From the NCBI GenBank assembly GCA_965178125.1, contig CBCXTV010000001.1, positions 248,001-312,000 of the forward strand: a stretch of DNA of 64,000 nt, read 5' to 3'. Position 1 is the first letter of the stretch; every line of letters starts with the position of its first letter. Shown here one piece after another: positions 28,282 through 40,569 of this stretch. The DNA is from Bilabrum cf. latius (Eukaryota). The notes below the pieces were generated by a model, which was not told where the DNA came from, made no database searches, and saw only the letters and a list, made by a program, of their open reading frames with translations. Both the position numbers and the translations under genes were made by a program.

Positions 28282-31270
28282 AGGCCCTAGAGTGGCCCTT
28301 CTCCGCTTCAATTCCTGTCCCAAATCCGATTCCCATTTCGAGACCGAAAAAGGTGACCCGGAAAACGACGGTACTCTCCGTCACTCCATCTGGCGGCGAA
28401 AATTGCCTCAGTTTCCGGTCCCCGATTCCGGGCCCAGGGACCCCCGAAATTCCCGATTCCGCGCAGTGCCGAAAGCTCGACATAAACCACAAACACGACA
28501 CACAACACAACACGATAGCGCCTCCCCACGCGCGGGATTGGGTCCTTCCGCTCGCTGCATGTGAGCTGCAGTGTGTTCTTGCCGGGAATGTCACTGGAAG
28601 TCGCGCTGCAGTCTGCTCAGGGCGCCTTATGACCATGAAGGCGTCTCAGCACCCGCGACGGCAAGAGGGGGCACGCACGACGTTGCGAAGCACCCGCCCT
28701 GGGTGAAGAAACTGCGTATCCACAGGAGTCACGTTCAGGTGCGCGAGAATTGGAAAGGCGGGGTAACTGGTGCAGAGGAGCTTGTTCGCAGCGCGGCTTC
28801 CACCAGCGCCGCTGACGGTAAGATGCATCGGTCTCGGTACATGAGTCGGCACGGTGTTGCGTGATTGACTTCACGATGCGGGAGTGTGCAGCCTTCCGCA
28901 GCGGGAGAATTGTATCTCCCCACGACCGCCGAAAAAAAAAAGAAGGCTATGCTGGACTCGTTCCAGGGAAGGCTATGCGATGAGTATCTCTAGGCGCTTT
29001 CCGGAAGACCCACCCACTACACGCTGGTCAGCCCTCCCAAGCGGGAGTGAACCGCGGATCCGCGGGCCCGTGAGCGCTGCTGCTACGATCATTTCTGCCC
29101 GTTTGACTCTCGCCCACTCTTGCCGTGACCAAAGACGCGCAGATCCTTATGACGCATGACACCTCGTCGAGGTGTCGAGACTGCCTCACATTCCCGTTAC
29201 AAAGACCCACAGCACTGCGACAACGAAATCGGTCACGAAGAGAGCAAGAGGCCGCGCACCTGAGCATCACAAAAACCCCGAGAGACATAAACAACACCGT
29301 CCCGTGAAGTCCCTGCGACGAGGGGATGCTAAGCGGCTCCCACGGCGGCTCCTCTGCGGGAAAAGCTGCCGCAGACCTCGAGATGGGATGCACATGACTG
29401 CGAAGATTGCGGAACTCGTCCGAAGCCGGTCGCACGAGGGTCACAGCGAATGGAGGCATATCTATGAAATAGAGTCTGCGTGCAAAGCAGCATTCCAACG
29501 ATCGTCCGCATTCTTCCGAGCAAATCCTTGGGAGCACACATCCTGCGGACGACATCTCTTTTCTATCCACCCCAGCGTACTCCCCGCACACACTTCTCGC
29601 GAATGATTGAGAATTCTGTGCGGCACATGTAATATCAGGCTACCATGATACGCGGAATGGCGTGCTATTGCTCGCACGTTCGTGCGCCCCCTTCCGAATG
29701 CGCTTACCACATCACTATGTTCGTCGGCAACCGTATACACCGTAGGGGTCTTCCCTCCGACACCAAGCGTACACGACTGGCCGTAATAGCGCAGCGTAGA
29801 TGTTTCGGACGTCGCCCAGGACAAGTGTCGACGCCCGGTTCGTCACGATCACTACGTGTGCACTTCACTCACCGCCCTCCAGCCGCTAGACTTCTTTTGG
29901 AGCGCGACATCCTACGACGCGCTATGACACGTAGCCGTAAACCGCAGACGGCCTCGCGTTCACTGCTTGCAGCGCAAGAGCGTGAACAAGAACCGCCCGC
30001 GTGGCACACCTTCGCAGGCGCGGAAGACAAAAAGTTCCTTCTAAGCTTGTATTCGGGTCCGAAAGCCAAATTCCACTTCGGGGTCGAGAAGGGCGACCCG
30101 GGAAATCACCGTACGCTCTGTGAATCCATTTCCCGGGGAAAGTCCCCGAGTTCCCGCTACCCGGTCCCAGGCCCAGCGACCCAGGAAAGTTCCCGTCCCC
30201 CCGCATGCGGAAACCTCCCACGAAGCACGCCCACCTCACGCTTCACACGCAAAAGTCCAGGAGTCAAATCCATTCCGGACCCAGCAGTTCACCCCCCGTG
30301 ACGATTGGGAAAGGCTCTTGCACACACCTTCTCGTCCGAGCAGTCTATGGAGCACACACCTGTCTTCGTTGCCTTTTCCGGCCAAAAATGCAGGGAGTTC
30401 GAAGGGGAAGTAGCAAGCGCGGAAGACCGCTTTCGAAACGCAGGTGCTCAGGGAAAAACAACCAGAGCGTCCCTGATCCTCGGCAGAGCCGTCCAGGAGG
30501 GACGGGCACGGACGGGCATCGCAGATCTTGCAGCGCCACCATTCGCCGGGATGGGCGACCGGACGAGGGCGACCACAAGTACGTAGCGTGCGACGTCCGT
30601 CAGTCGCCATGTTGCGCTGATTCGCTTTCGCGGCACGACTTCCAGGGCCGGCCTTACTCACTCCTCGGAGTCCGCGTGTGGATTCTCCCCTGCGCATGAT
30701 CTGCCGCTCTAGATGCTACACAAAGATCCCGCTCGGATGACCCCCTCTGTGCATTCTGCAAGATTTTACGCGCCTCCATTCAATGCGCGAAGCATGCACC
30801 GCAGCAGTCTGAGTCCGGTGACCACCTTCAATAGCGTGGGACAAATTCCGTCCGCGATGTGCATTCGGGCATGCTCCCCTTTCCGAGTCTCTGTGACCCG
30901 TAGTGCGTCCGCGGCCAACGACTCAGGACTCCACGATGGTACGCACGAGTTGCATTCCTTGCACGAAGCGTGCGGAGAGAAAGCGATGCTCAGACATCGA
31001 GGCGCTTGGAGGGTCTGCACGCGACATGCTTCGAGAGGCCATGCAAACATGCGAAACCAGAACTGAGGTTCCTCATCGTTCCTGCTGTCGAGCGCTCAAT
31101 TGGGGCATCGGATCAGGACGAAGCTCGCGAAGAGAGGGCGCGGGTGTCCCCATCCAAAAATCCGCCGCCTTCAAGGCTCATGTTCCCGGATCCTGCATTC
31201 GCGAGTTTCGGGAGCAGAAGTGCAAGATCGCCGCTGGACACACAGCGCATGCCATTTCCCGTCTCTGGAG

Positions 31271-33832
31271 ATGTCGGGCTTCCAGGCGCAATTCGGACAC
31301 CATCGCCAGGACCTCGGGAAGATGACATGTCTGCTGATCTGCAGGGAAGAGTCCCGCTTCGAGGAGTGGCGACAAAAAAAAGGGGCGCGAGAACTCCACG
31401 AGCACATGGGAGCGGTCCTTCGGCTCCCCAATCCAGTGTTTCCGCAGACCGACAGGGACCCAGATGGACGCGACATCGTCAAAGACCAGGCCCTCTTGGA
31501 TATCTTCTCCGGCAAGATAACGGACTGGAGCAAATACAATCCGGCCACTGTTGGGGCGATCCAATCCCATCGAAACGCATGGCTGTGGGCTGAGAACCAC
31601 ACGCCGACGGAATGGCTCATGGTTGTCGAAGATGATATCGAACCTCGCGAAGCATGCGTGGATCGGCTACTCGTAGTTCTTCACGCCATCGCGAAAAACC
31701 CCAAGGTGACGCAGATGGCCATGTTAGCGGGGTCAGAAGCACCGAGAATGGTCACCCTCCAGCGCGAAAACTCCACCTCCATCCACAATTGCGAGCGCCT
31801 CTTGGACGTGCGGACCTATCCGGCGCACTGGGTAGACAACACATTTGTGGTCCCCTACCACGTCGGCATGGGCCTAAAGTGGTATCTCATCAGCCCGGAG
31901 GGGAGGAAGGCGCTCCTGAAGATGCGGATCCCGAACCGAAGCTTCGAACGCTGCGTCTGGCGCCGCCTCTTCGACACGTTCCAAGGGCCGGTATGGAAGT
32001 GGGGAGATTGCCTCCGCATGACATCTGTGCTGGCAGCCAGCCCGGTCCTCGCATCGACTCCCGAGAGCATGGACACGGAGTGGGGGGGCTCGGGACGACG
32101 AAGTGCGGATGCAGGGCACAGTATGAAACCGTACATAATGGTCGACCCGAGTGACGACTGGACTCTTGGCGAGCGATTAAACACATTGTCCGTCGTGATG
32201 TCCGTGTGCGCGGCCCTGAGTTGGGGGGTTGTCCTCGTCTGGGAAAAAACAGAGCGCGTGCCCATCTCCTACGAAGACTTGTGCGGTGTTCACGAGCACG
32301 CCGGCGAAACCAACACGTTCGTCCACCTCCTCCAGGACAAACGCGGCGGGTCGTATTCGTACTTCCTGAGGTACGGAGACATCCGCATCCACGTGGTGCA
32401 GCCGATGATGTGCATCCCCACCCTCGACAGAATGCTCGACATGGTAGCCCTGAAGAGGCCCAAGATGAACACCCTGCCTCCCTTGAAATGGCAGACCGCT
32501 CGATGGATCCAAGTCAAGCAGAAGTGGATCGATAAACTCCACACGGAGATGCCGGGGGCCGAGCTGCCCTCATGGCTGGAGTGGCCACCCTCAACCCACG
32601 CGCTTGTCCTCTGCGACGACAGGGACTTGGCGGCGCACTGCCTCGAGGGGAGATGCCAAAAGGAGCAGCAGGAGTGGATGAACGACGGGAAGGACAACAG
32701 CATCCAGCACTACATCCTTGAGGCAAAGCAAGCGCTGCAGAACGAGTTGGAAGACATCCTAAAGGGGGACAGCAGCTCACGCCTCGTCGTGATCCGCATG
32801 ACAACCAAACTGCTGGGACAGGTCTGGGTGGACATGATGAAGCACCTCACGAAGCAGTTCGGGAAGCGCATCATAACGCCAACGTTCCTCCTCCCGAAAA
32901 TGATCCCCAAAAGGAGGCACGACGAAAAGAACCCGAGTGATGATTGGATTACTTGGGGAGCATCCTTGGCGAAAACCGTGGGCCTCCTCACGCTCATACC
33001 TCCGATGCAAGTGCACTATCCCATCATGAGCTGGACCGTGGCCTGGAACCACTTCATGTTTAAGGGCAGGACTGCCACGGACACCGTGATCCCAGACGTC
33101 ATCCGAACTCTGTACGCTCCGCACAAGAGCAACAGGAAGCAGCTCCTCAAGAACGGCCCGCTGTGCCAGACGAGGCGCGCCGTGCTGGACTCGCCCGCAC
33201 TGCGGGACATTGCGAACAACTACTCAAGGGCCAAGGACAAGACCTATAACCTCTTGAGTTATTCCAAATGGTTTGCCGAAGAAGCCATGTGGCACATGAT
33301 CAAGTACGCGGAAAGCACGCAGTGCATCGTCGACCCGTTCGTGAGCCGCCAGTGCCAAAAGGTCTTCGAGCACATCCCCTCGGACGACATCGGCCATGCG
33401 GACGCCCGGCTCCGGTACAACCTTCAGGATGCCGACGACCGAGGTTACCGCTTCAACGCGGGGCATCTCTACACCGCGGTGCAGGGCATCAAAACGGTGA
33501 ACATCGCATACAACAAGTGGCTCACCGAGCAGGCACAGAGTCATTCCGAATGGAGCTGGGGCAAAACGTTCATCAAGCTTGTGATCAACCAGTGGCGGCA
33601 GCAGCAGGGCAGTGAGCCGTATGACGTGGACGAGGAGGACTACGTGAGCCTTCCGCGGACCTTCCACGGGAATTCGTTGAAGCTCGCGAGGAGCGTAAGC
33701 CTCCAGGACACGAGATCCTGCTCCAGATCGTCCTCATCCTATTCCAGGTCGCCCTCCACCAACAGGACTGAGGCACAGCCTTCGAAGAGAGCGCGCCTGA
33801 CCCCGGCACCCGGCGTAAAGCACGAGCCCTGA
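31271..33832 (+). CDS. GT25-like glycosyltransferase protein, copy 2
   Basis: Near-identical to 4075-6636 (D>E, E>D, S>T changes). Confidence 0.65.
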   Translation: MSGFQAQFGHHRQDLGKMTCLLICREESRFEEWRQKKGARELHEHMGAVLRLPNPVFPQTDRDPDGRDIVKDQALLDIFSGKITDWSKYNPATVGAIQSHRNAWLWAENHTPTEWLMVVEDDIEPREACVDRLLVVLHAIAKNPKVTQMAMLAGSEAPRMVTLQRENSTSIHNCERLLDVRTYPAHWVDNTFVVPYHVGMGLKWYLISPEGRKALLKMRIPNRSFERCVWRRLFDTFQGPVWKWGDCLRMTSVLAASPVLASTPESMDTEWGGSGRRSADAGHSMKPYIMVDPSDDWTLGERLNTLSVVMSVCAALSWGVVLVWEKTERVPISYEDLCGVHEHAGETNTFVHLLQDKRGGSYSYFLRYGDIRIHVVQPMMCIPTLDRMLDMVALKRPKMNTLPPLKWQTARWIQVKQKWIDKLHTEMPGAELPSWLEWPPSTHALVLCDDRDLAAHCLEGRCQKEQQEWMNDGKDNSIQHYILEAKQALQNELEDILKGDSSSRLVVIRMTTKLLGQVWVDMMKHLTKQFGKRIITPTFLLPKMIPKRRHDEKNPSDDWITWGASLAKTVGLLTLIPPMQVHYPIMSWTVAWNHFMFKGRTATDTVIPDVIRTLYAPHKSNRKQLLKNGPLCQTRRAVLDSPALRDIANNYSRAKDKTYNLLSYSKWFAEEAMWHMIKYAESTQCIVDPFVSRQCQKVFEHIPSDDIGHADARLRYNLQDADDRGYRFNAGHLYTAVQGIKTVNIAYNKWLTEQAQSHSEWSWGKTFIKLVINQWRQQQGSEPYDVDEEDYVSLPRTFHGNSLKLARSVSLQDTRSCSRSSSSYSRSPSTNRTEAQPSKRARLTPAPGVKHEP

Positions 33833-34706
33833 CGACGAAATGCCGCAGAACAGCGCGTTGCGGGGAGACAAAGCTCCGCGGGCAACAGCAGAAGGCCGCC
33901 GAGCGCCGGAGTTGGAGGGTCACATAGTTCCATCGGTCCCATTCTCTCCGGAAGTCGCATAGCACGTAGAGATCCGCATGCTCTCGGTGCATGAACGCTG
34001 GCAGCACGCAGTGCCAAAGTCGCAAAGCGCTTCAGAGTCACAAGTCCAGAAGTTCTTCTGCCAATGTGTGTCCTCTTCCCGCTCATGTGTGCATCCTCGG
34101 AGGAAGTCTGGAGATGACAGGACCCAGCACGCACCACATCAGAAGTCCTTTTTTAAAGCGGCATCGTCAGACAAAAATCTGGAACGCCCTTCCGCAAAAA
34201 AGAGTGCTGCCCACAGAAAAAAGGGAAACACCTGAGGCCCCAGAAGCCAAAGGGAGGACCGCGAAGGACGCAGTTTCGAGGTCACACTTTCCGGGACCAG
34301 TTTTGAGCCCAAAAAGGGGTACACAAGAGGAAAACACGATGCGGGAGGCTTGAAATTGTCACCGAAAACGGGCCCAAAATTGGGACCCCTTTTTCGCAAA
34401 TTTCGCAGCATCCAGACGACCCAGAAAGGCTTTCCCAGGCGCCGCCTCGAAGCTCACCTTCTCGCATGCAACCATGACGCAGCCCCACCTCCTCATGCAG
34501 ACGCGTCTGAGAGACCCCGCAGTGGAACTTCTCCCATTCTGCGCAGGAAGCACTTCAGTCTACAAGGACCCGCGCACTTCTTACCGCACCACCTCCATGT
34601 GAAAGCACTTCTCGCGGAGTTTTTTTCGGGCCCAGGAATACAGCAACTGCCAGAAGCTTCGCACAGAAAAGCAGCCCACTCAGGAAGCAAACTCACTGCA
34701 CACCCC

Positions 34707-35177
34707 ATGGCGAGCGACGCAGAACCGGAGGACGCAATGCGGCTCGACTCCCCTAGAGATGCGGATGCAGCGGCGCCACCCGAAGCGACGGAGGCAGGAT
34801 CACAGAAACCAGATCATGCGCAGCAGTTCTTCGAGGAGCCCTGCCCGAAAGACGGACACATGGAAGCGCTAGAGAAGACCGCCAAGACGGACGAACCTGG
34901 CGACACACCCTTGTTCGTCGACAAGTGGACGGCAGCGATCACACGCCTTACCGAGGAGCGCAAGGCTCTCAAGCTCGAGCAGCGGGCTAAAACGAAGGCC
35001 ATCCGCAAAACCATCCGGCAGAAAAGGCGCACCATGAAGAACGCCAAAAAACTCACAGACGACGAGCTCGCCCAAATCGTGCTAGACAGGAAGATCTTGC
35101 AGTTGGTGCAAAAAGAAGAGATCGCAGCACGCAGCTCCGCCAACTCCTCAACGAGCCAGGCGAAGTCGACCTTGTGA
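34707..35177 (+). CDS. Basic coiled-coil hypothetical protein, copy 2
   Basis: Near-identical to 7511-7981. Confidence 0.6.
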   Translation: MASDAEPEDAMRLDSPRDADAAAPPEATEAGSQKPDHAQQFFEEPCPKDGHMEALEKTAKTDEPGDTPLFVDKWTAAITRLTEERKALKLEQRAKTKAIRKTIRQKRRTMKNAKKLTDDELAQIVLDRKILQLVQKEEIAARSSANSSTSQAKSTL

Positions 35178-35537
35178 GAAGCGCTTCCCGTGTTCAGAGA
35201 ACCGAGGATTACAGATAGACCCCGCGTCACAGAAGCCATCGCAAGAGGGCAGAGCGTCAAGTACAGCGCAGTCTTGACGGACACAGATAGCCCGAGCAGC
35301 ACAAAGCAGCGGATGCGGCTGCCCAGCGGAGTCGCGCACTCGGACAGCATACACGGGACGTGCTGGCAGAAATCACTCAGTCCGCGAGCACCGTCGTCAA
35401 GAGCACGGGAGGGGCAGACTCGACATGCACAACTTTGAAAAACGGGAGGGGCACGAAAGGAAGACAAATTTGGCATTAATCCTTGATTACCCCCGCCCCC
35501 CCGTAGAATCAGAGCGAGGAGATATGCTCGGAAGGTC

Positions 35538-35848
35538 CGGGGGGCAGTCGCAGAAAAGTGCACGCGAAAATAAGAGGAAAGGAGACCCCCCAAACCCACG
35601 TAGTGCGATCCTGGGTGGTACCCTCTAAGGTACTAAGAATCCTTCCCCCGAAAATCGCACTACATCGGTCCCTGGCGTCGGGGAAAGCGGAAAAAAGGGG
35701 AGCACTACCGTGAAAAAATCCTGCATTTTACAGGAAAATCGGAGCACTACGTGTCAAAAACTGGGGGTTTTTGAGGTTTTTTTTCCAGAAAAACGGCATT
35801 TTTTTATGTAAAAACCGCGCGAAACGAGCACTACCGAGCACTACATCG
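35538..35848. promoter_or_regulatory. Candidate origin with iterons, copy 2
   Basis: GTAGTGCGAT at 35600 ... ATCGCACTAC; same iteron-like repeats. Confidence 0.5.
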
Positions 35849-36353
35849 CCTCCTCCAGTCGTGTTTCGCATTTTTTTCGCTGGCCGAAAATGTCTCCGAA
35901 GGCGCTGCCTCGAGGGGGGGTTCCGATGGCTGATTTTGGGCGTTCTGTTGTCGATTTCGCGTGCATTTCAGGTTGTCGGCGAGGCCTTTTTGGCGTATGT
36001 CGCAGGTTCGGATGCCCTCGAACGTCGTGTCTCATGTGGTATTCGCCGGTTTCTATGTTGGAGAAGGCGGTCGGTCGGTCATCCTCTCTGGCAGGCTCCG
36101 AAGTGCGTTTGTGATCGTGCTAATTGCAACGCCATGCTTTCCTTCGTTGGCTTCGAGAATCCTTCCCTCGGAAGCGGTACTACCTCGCCCAGGGCGGCAC
36201 GAGCTGCAGACTCAGCTGCCTCGGTGCTCATGTGTGTCCCGTGTCAGCAGTTTCGGTGTTACGAACAGCAAGGATTCTGGGCATTGCGTGTCGGAGGCAA
36301 GTGTTCTATCTTGAGGCATTCCGCGATTCGTCGAAGGATTATTTGCGCAAATA

Positions 36354-38639
36354 ATGTCGGCTCCGTTCAAGGGCGAAACGATGAGTTTGTCTGTTGCCGA
36401 GTCGCTGAAGTCCCGAGTCGCATCCTGCTCCTGGGATCCCGCGTGGGTTTCCGCGAGCTGCGTGCCGTGCGATGGCCTCCCCACAAGCCAGGAGTCAGAA
36501 GCGTCCACGACGGCGACCTCTGCTTTGTTAGGGGTGTCCGAGGCGTCCCCAACGTGCTCGTGTGGCCTCGGTGTCTCCAATTCGGTGGCTGCAGCGCGCG
36601 CGGCCGCTGTCCCGAGTTTTGGCTTTGACGATGCGGAGAACGACTTCGACGCCAGTCTCGACATGATTGAGGCCTCATGCGAGGTCGCATGCGAGGCAGA
36701 ATGCGAGGGCGATCCGGGAGCCTGCTTGTTGTCCCACGGCAAGTCGAGCGGTCAGTGGCAGATCGGCGTAGTGGGTGAACGAGTCCTTTATGAGGGCCTC
36801 AGCGTTGAGGGCGACATTCCTGGCCGCGTTGCTGCCTCCGAAGCGCTCGCCGCGGGTGTCATCAATTTGGAACCCCCGTCAGAGGAAGTACTTTTGCCGG
36901 TGCAGCTTCTGCGGAGTAGTCAAGGTTACCGTGGGGTTCTGCCCATCGAGGATTCTGCGCCCGATGCGAGGGGGCGACCGCAGATGCTCATGCTTCCCGA
37001 TTTCGTGCCCCCCGTGAAGAGGCGGCGTCTTCGGCAGAAGTGCGACCCTGCTGAGGGCGATGCAGCACCGAGTCTTGCGGCTCATCTCGGACCTCCGCCC
37101 GCGGCTCGTGCCGCGGCCGGAGCGTCTGGGCCGCAGCGCTCGACTGGAAGGCCTTCGACTCGTCCTATTGATAGTGTCATCTATCGTCTCCTGCGGGTTT
37201 TCCCTGACGATTTCAAGTTGGCGTTTCCGGCGTCGGTGTCACACCAGCGGAAGCGGTGCCTCATCAGGGAGGCGCTTCGCAATGTACCCGGTGACCGCAT
37301 GTGCATCTTGAAAGACTGGGCTGCGGTGGCGGAGGACACTCCTTGCCAGCTTCGTTTCGAGGAGCTCTTCCCGGAGCTTGCGCGGCAGCGGGACGAAGTT
37401 GTGAGGAATCCGGGATCGCATTCAGTGCCCGTGGGCGAGATTGTGCCTGCGTCCGACAAGAACACGAGGCGGGGAAGGGCCGTGATGCTTACCTTTCACG
37501 GTCGCTGGGGTGTCGAAAAGGAGCCTGTGCGCGACATCATGTCGGCATCCGTGGCAAGGGGCGTCCTGAGGCGATTGGTTCTCGCGTCTCCGTTCTATGT
37601 GGAGCTTTGGGCCACCTTCAAGGCATGGGCGCAGGACATCGCGCGGCGGATGATGTGGCCTCAGCTGTCCATGAAAATGGAGCTCTCCCTGCACCGCAAG
37701 CACGCCGCAAACTTGGTGCACTTCCACGTATGCATGACGGATTCCGAGAAGTCGCATCGTTGTCGCGTGGCGGAGGATTTCATGTGGGCCGGCAGCAGGC
37801 CGAATGTCGTCTACGGCTCCGGGCGGTCAGCGAAGGCGCAGGAACGTGGCGCGTCGGAGTTACACTATTATTGTCAAGCTCCCAAAGTCGGTGCGCTGCT
37901 TTGCGCCACGAACTACCGAGCCGGACGCGATTTCGTCGTCAATGGTAAGTTCGTGCACGCGTTGTTCGCACGCTTCAAAATGGATCCGGACGTCGCGAGA
38001 AGGGAACTCGTGGCGTATCGGTGTCGGGACGCCGAGAACTTAGTGCGCGCCATCGACTTCCACATACAGAATGCCGCGGAGAGGAGAGAGGTGTGCGCGC
38101 AGGCCGCGGTGCACGTAGTGACGAAGCTCCGCCCCTTTAAGGTGGTGCCCGAAGTCGAGAAGTGGCGCGAGAGCTATCGTCAGGAGTGGTTCGCGCACAT
38201 GCGCTTCAAGTTCCTTGTCTTGGTGGGGGACTCCCGGTTCGGGAAGACAGTGTACGCGCGGAATCTCTTCGGGAGCGAAAGGACTCTTGTTGTGAACTGT
38301 CAGGGCAGTGTGGAACCTCCGCTCCGTGGCTTCGATCGAAGTCGGCATGTGGCCATTGTGTTCGACGAGGCAAATGCCCTGTGGGTCGTCAACAACAAAC
38401 AGGTCTTTCAGGCTGGCCTTGACCCCTCCCTGCTCGGCCAGAGCAAGACGAACAGCCTCGCATACTCTGTGTGGCTCCACGGTATCGCCCTGATCATCTG
38501 CACGAATTCGTGGGGCTCTGACGTGACGGAGTCGGTGGACCGCGAGTGGCTTGACAACAACTGTACGAAAGTGGAGGTGAAAGATCGGCTCTACTTCGAC
38601 GAGGACTTGTTGTCTCTCACGGATGTGCAGAAGAGCTGA
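36354..38639 (+). CDS. rep: CRESS-like Rep, copy 2
   Basis: Intact 761-aa ORF, all motifs retained, about five amino-acid differences from copy 1. Confidence 0.9.
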   Translation: MSAPFKGETMSLSVAESLKSRVASCSWDPAWVSASCVPCDGLPTSQESEASTTATSALLGVSEASPTCSCGLGVSNSVAAARAAAVPSFGFDDAENDFDASLDMIEASCEVACEAECEGDPGACLLSHGKSSGQWQIGVVGERVLYEGLSVEGDIPGRVAASEALAAGVINLEPPSEEVLLPVQLLRSSQGYRGVLPIEDSAPDARGRPQMLMLPDFVPPVKRRRLRQKCDPAEGDAAPSLAAHLGPPPAARAAAGASGPQRSTGRPSTRPIDSVIYRLLRVFPDDFKLAFPASVSHQRKRCLIREALRNVPGDRMCILKDWAAVAEDTPCQLRFEELFPELARQRDEVVRNPGSHSVPVGEIVPASDKNTRRGRAVMLTFHGRWGVEKEPVRDIMSASVARGVLRRLVLASPFYVELWATFKAWAQDIARRMMWPQLSMKMELSLHRKHAANLVHFHVCMTDSEKSHRCRVAEDFMWAGSRPNVVYGSGRSAKAQERGASELHYYCQAPKVGALLCATNYRAGRDFVVNGKFVHALFARFKMDPDVARRELVAYRCRDAENLVRAIDFHIQNAAERREVCAQAAVHVVTKLRPFKVVPEVEKWRESYRQEWFAHMRFKFLVLVGDSRFGKTVYARNLFGSERTLVVNCQGSVEPPLRGFDRSRHVAIVFDEANALWVVNNKQVFQAGLDPSLLGQSKTNSLAYSVWLHGIALIICTNSWGSDVTESVDREWLDNNCTKVEVKDRLYFDEDLLSLTDVQKS

Positions 38640-39043
38640 CGCCGGCCGCTGAGGTTTTCAGTCCGGTTCACACGAGCGCCGGAGCCGCAGCGGCAGCCGC
38701 TTCGGTGCTCCTGAAGGTCTAATGTCCTCAATGCGTTTCGTGTGCAAAAAGGATGTGGTTTCTACATGGGGGCATTCCGCAAGTTTCATGTGGTCCGTCG
38801 CGTTCGTCCGGGGGAGTGCTTGCCTAGTATTGGGAGCTTGCCTGACACACACACACGTGGCACCCAGCCTGATGGGTTGCAAGTGTGTGTGTGTCTCCGC
38901 AGTGCCGCGGTTGGGACCCGGCGGGTCGTTTGCTTTTACGTCGCCGCGTCGCGCGCCGACGAGACATTTCTTGGTCTCAGAAGCCTCTGCTTCCGGTAGG
39001 CGCGCCGTGTACGCTCGCGGGCCGAAGGTGGGTGCGTTGCTTG

Positions 39044-39736
39044 ATGGCCTACGTCGGTATCGCCGATGCACCGTATGTGCCCGTGGTTGCCGCGTCGACC
39101 TCCGAGCACGCCCCGGAGGGCGAGGTGGAGATGATGCTTGCGCCTCTTGCCGGAGATGTCGGTTTCAAGCGGCCTCGCGTGTTTCCTCCCGGTTCGCGAC
39201 TTCTTCCTAAGTCGCCGGCCCATCCGGCGGTGCTCATAACAGCGCTCGGCAGTGAGGCACCCCAGGACACACAGTGCGTCGTTTGGTCGGACTCTAAGGC
39301 TTTCGACCTCGCGGAGTTTGTATGCTCTTCCTGCGGCTGCAATCGTGTCATGGCGGACCTGAATCATCGTATGCGTGATCGTCTCGTACGTCGCGTGCAG
39401 CGCACGCTTTATGCCGATGATTCTCCGTGCGGCAGGGGTGCGATTTCGTGTCGTGCTTGTCGCGAGAAGGCGCGCGACGCGGCGCCGAAGACGTCGATTA
39501 TGAACGCGGCGAACAAGAAGAAGATCTCGGGAACTCTTCGCATGCAGTTGGATCTCATTGTAGAGACCGGGGAGCGGAAGGGTCAGCGTTGTACTGCGGA
39601 GAAAATTCTGACATTGGGAACGATGAAGCAGCACAGGGTTTTCGAGAGGGACCTTTACGATGAGGCATGGCGCGGGCTTGTTCGTCTGTCTGGACGCGAG
39701 GCTTGGAGCGATGACGACTCGTGGTCTCCGCGTTGA
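39044..39736 (+). CDS. Hypothetical CxxC protein, copy 2
   Basis: Same translation as 11846-12538. Confidence 0.5.
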   Translation: MAYVGIADAPYVPVVAASTSEHAPEGEVEMMLAPLAGDVGFKRPRVFPPGSRLLPKSPAHPAVLITALGSEAPQDTQCVVWSDSKAFDLAEFVCSSCGCNRVMADLNHRMRDRLVRRVQRTLYADDSPCGRGAISCRACREKARDAAPKTSIMNAANKKKISGTLRMQLDLIVETGERKGQRCTAEKILTLGTMKQHRVFERDLYDEAWRGLVRLSGREAWSDDDSWSPR

Positions 39737-40569
39737 GCTTGCGTGACGGTTTTCCCTCTTAACCTGGCCTCTTGCGTGGCGCTGCTTCCGCGTGTGGCCT
39801 GAGCGTGCGACCTGAGCGTTCGGCCTGCTGTCGCGTGTGACCTGAGCGAACGGGCGCTCGACAGTATCCCGCGTTTGTTGCTCTGGGGTTCAAGAAACTT
39901 GTACTTTTTGGGCTGTACGGTGGTCAGTGGTGCACGGTTCGTTCGCAGCCTCCGCGTTGTTGGAAAGCTATGGTGGAGCATGGTTCTTTTCGCAGCCTCC
40001 GCGTTGTGATCAAGCTACGGTGGAGCATGGTTCGTGAGCATGGTTCTTTTCGCAGCCTCCGCGTTGTTGACACGTGAAAGCTACGCGAACGTGACCACAC
40101 AATAGGCCATACCCCAGGTGAAATCCGGACTCGGACATCCAGACGAAACGGCATCATGCACACTGTTGAACACACAAATGACACTGAGCTCCACCGTAAC
40201 GTAACTTTCCATCACCACCTGGTTTATTTTCTCCGCGATGGCAGCTTGGCGGTGACGCTGTGTCTTCGGGCATGAAGGGGCAAATCTTTGGTTTTTTGGG
40301 CCCTGTTTCGGTCACCGAAAAGTCGTGTGATTTCTGGCGCGCAGGAGGAGTGACGCAAGGTATTTCTGAACCGTTTTCCGGACGCTTTCCGGGCCTCCCA
40401 TGTGACCGCTTTTTGCGTACCGAAACACGTTCCGCGCGTGAGGAGCAGATGCGGATCTCCGCGGGGTCCTAGTTGTGTCCTTTTTCGGGGGACGAAATCG
40501 GGCGCACTTGTCGTGCCGATTCGTGGTCGTCTCTGAGACCGGCTGCGAGTCGGGAAAGGTGCCCGGGAG

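Larger units (their letters stand above)
28374..40360. mobile_element. TA-flanked 12-kb module, copy 2
   Basis: TA at 28372-28373 and 40361-40362, same ends as copy 1. Confidence 0.6.
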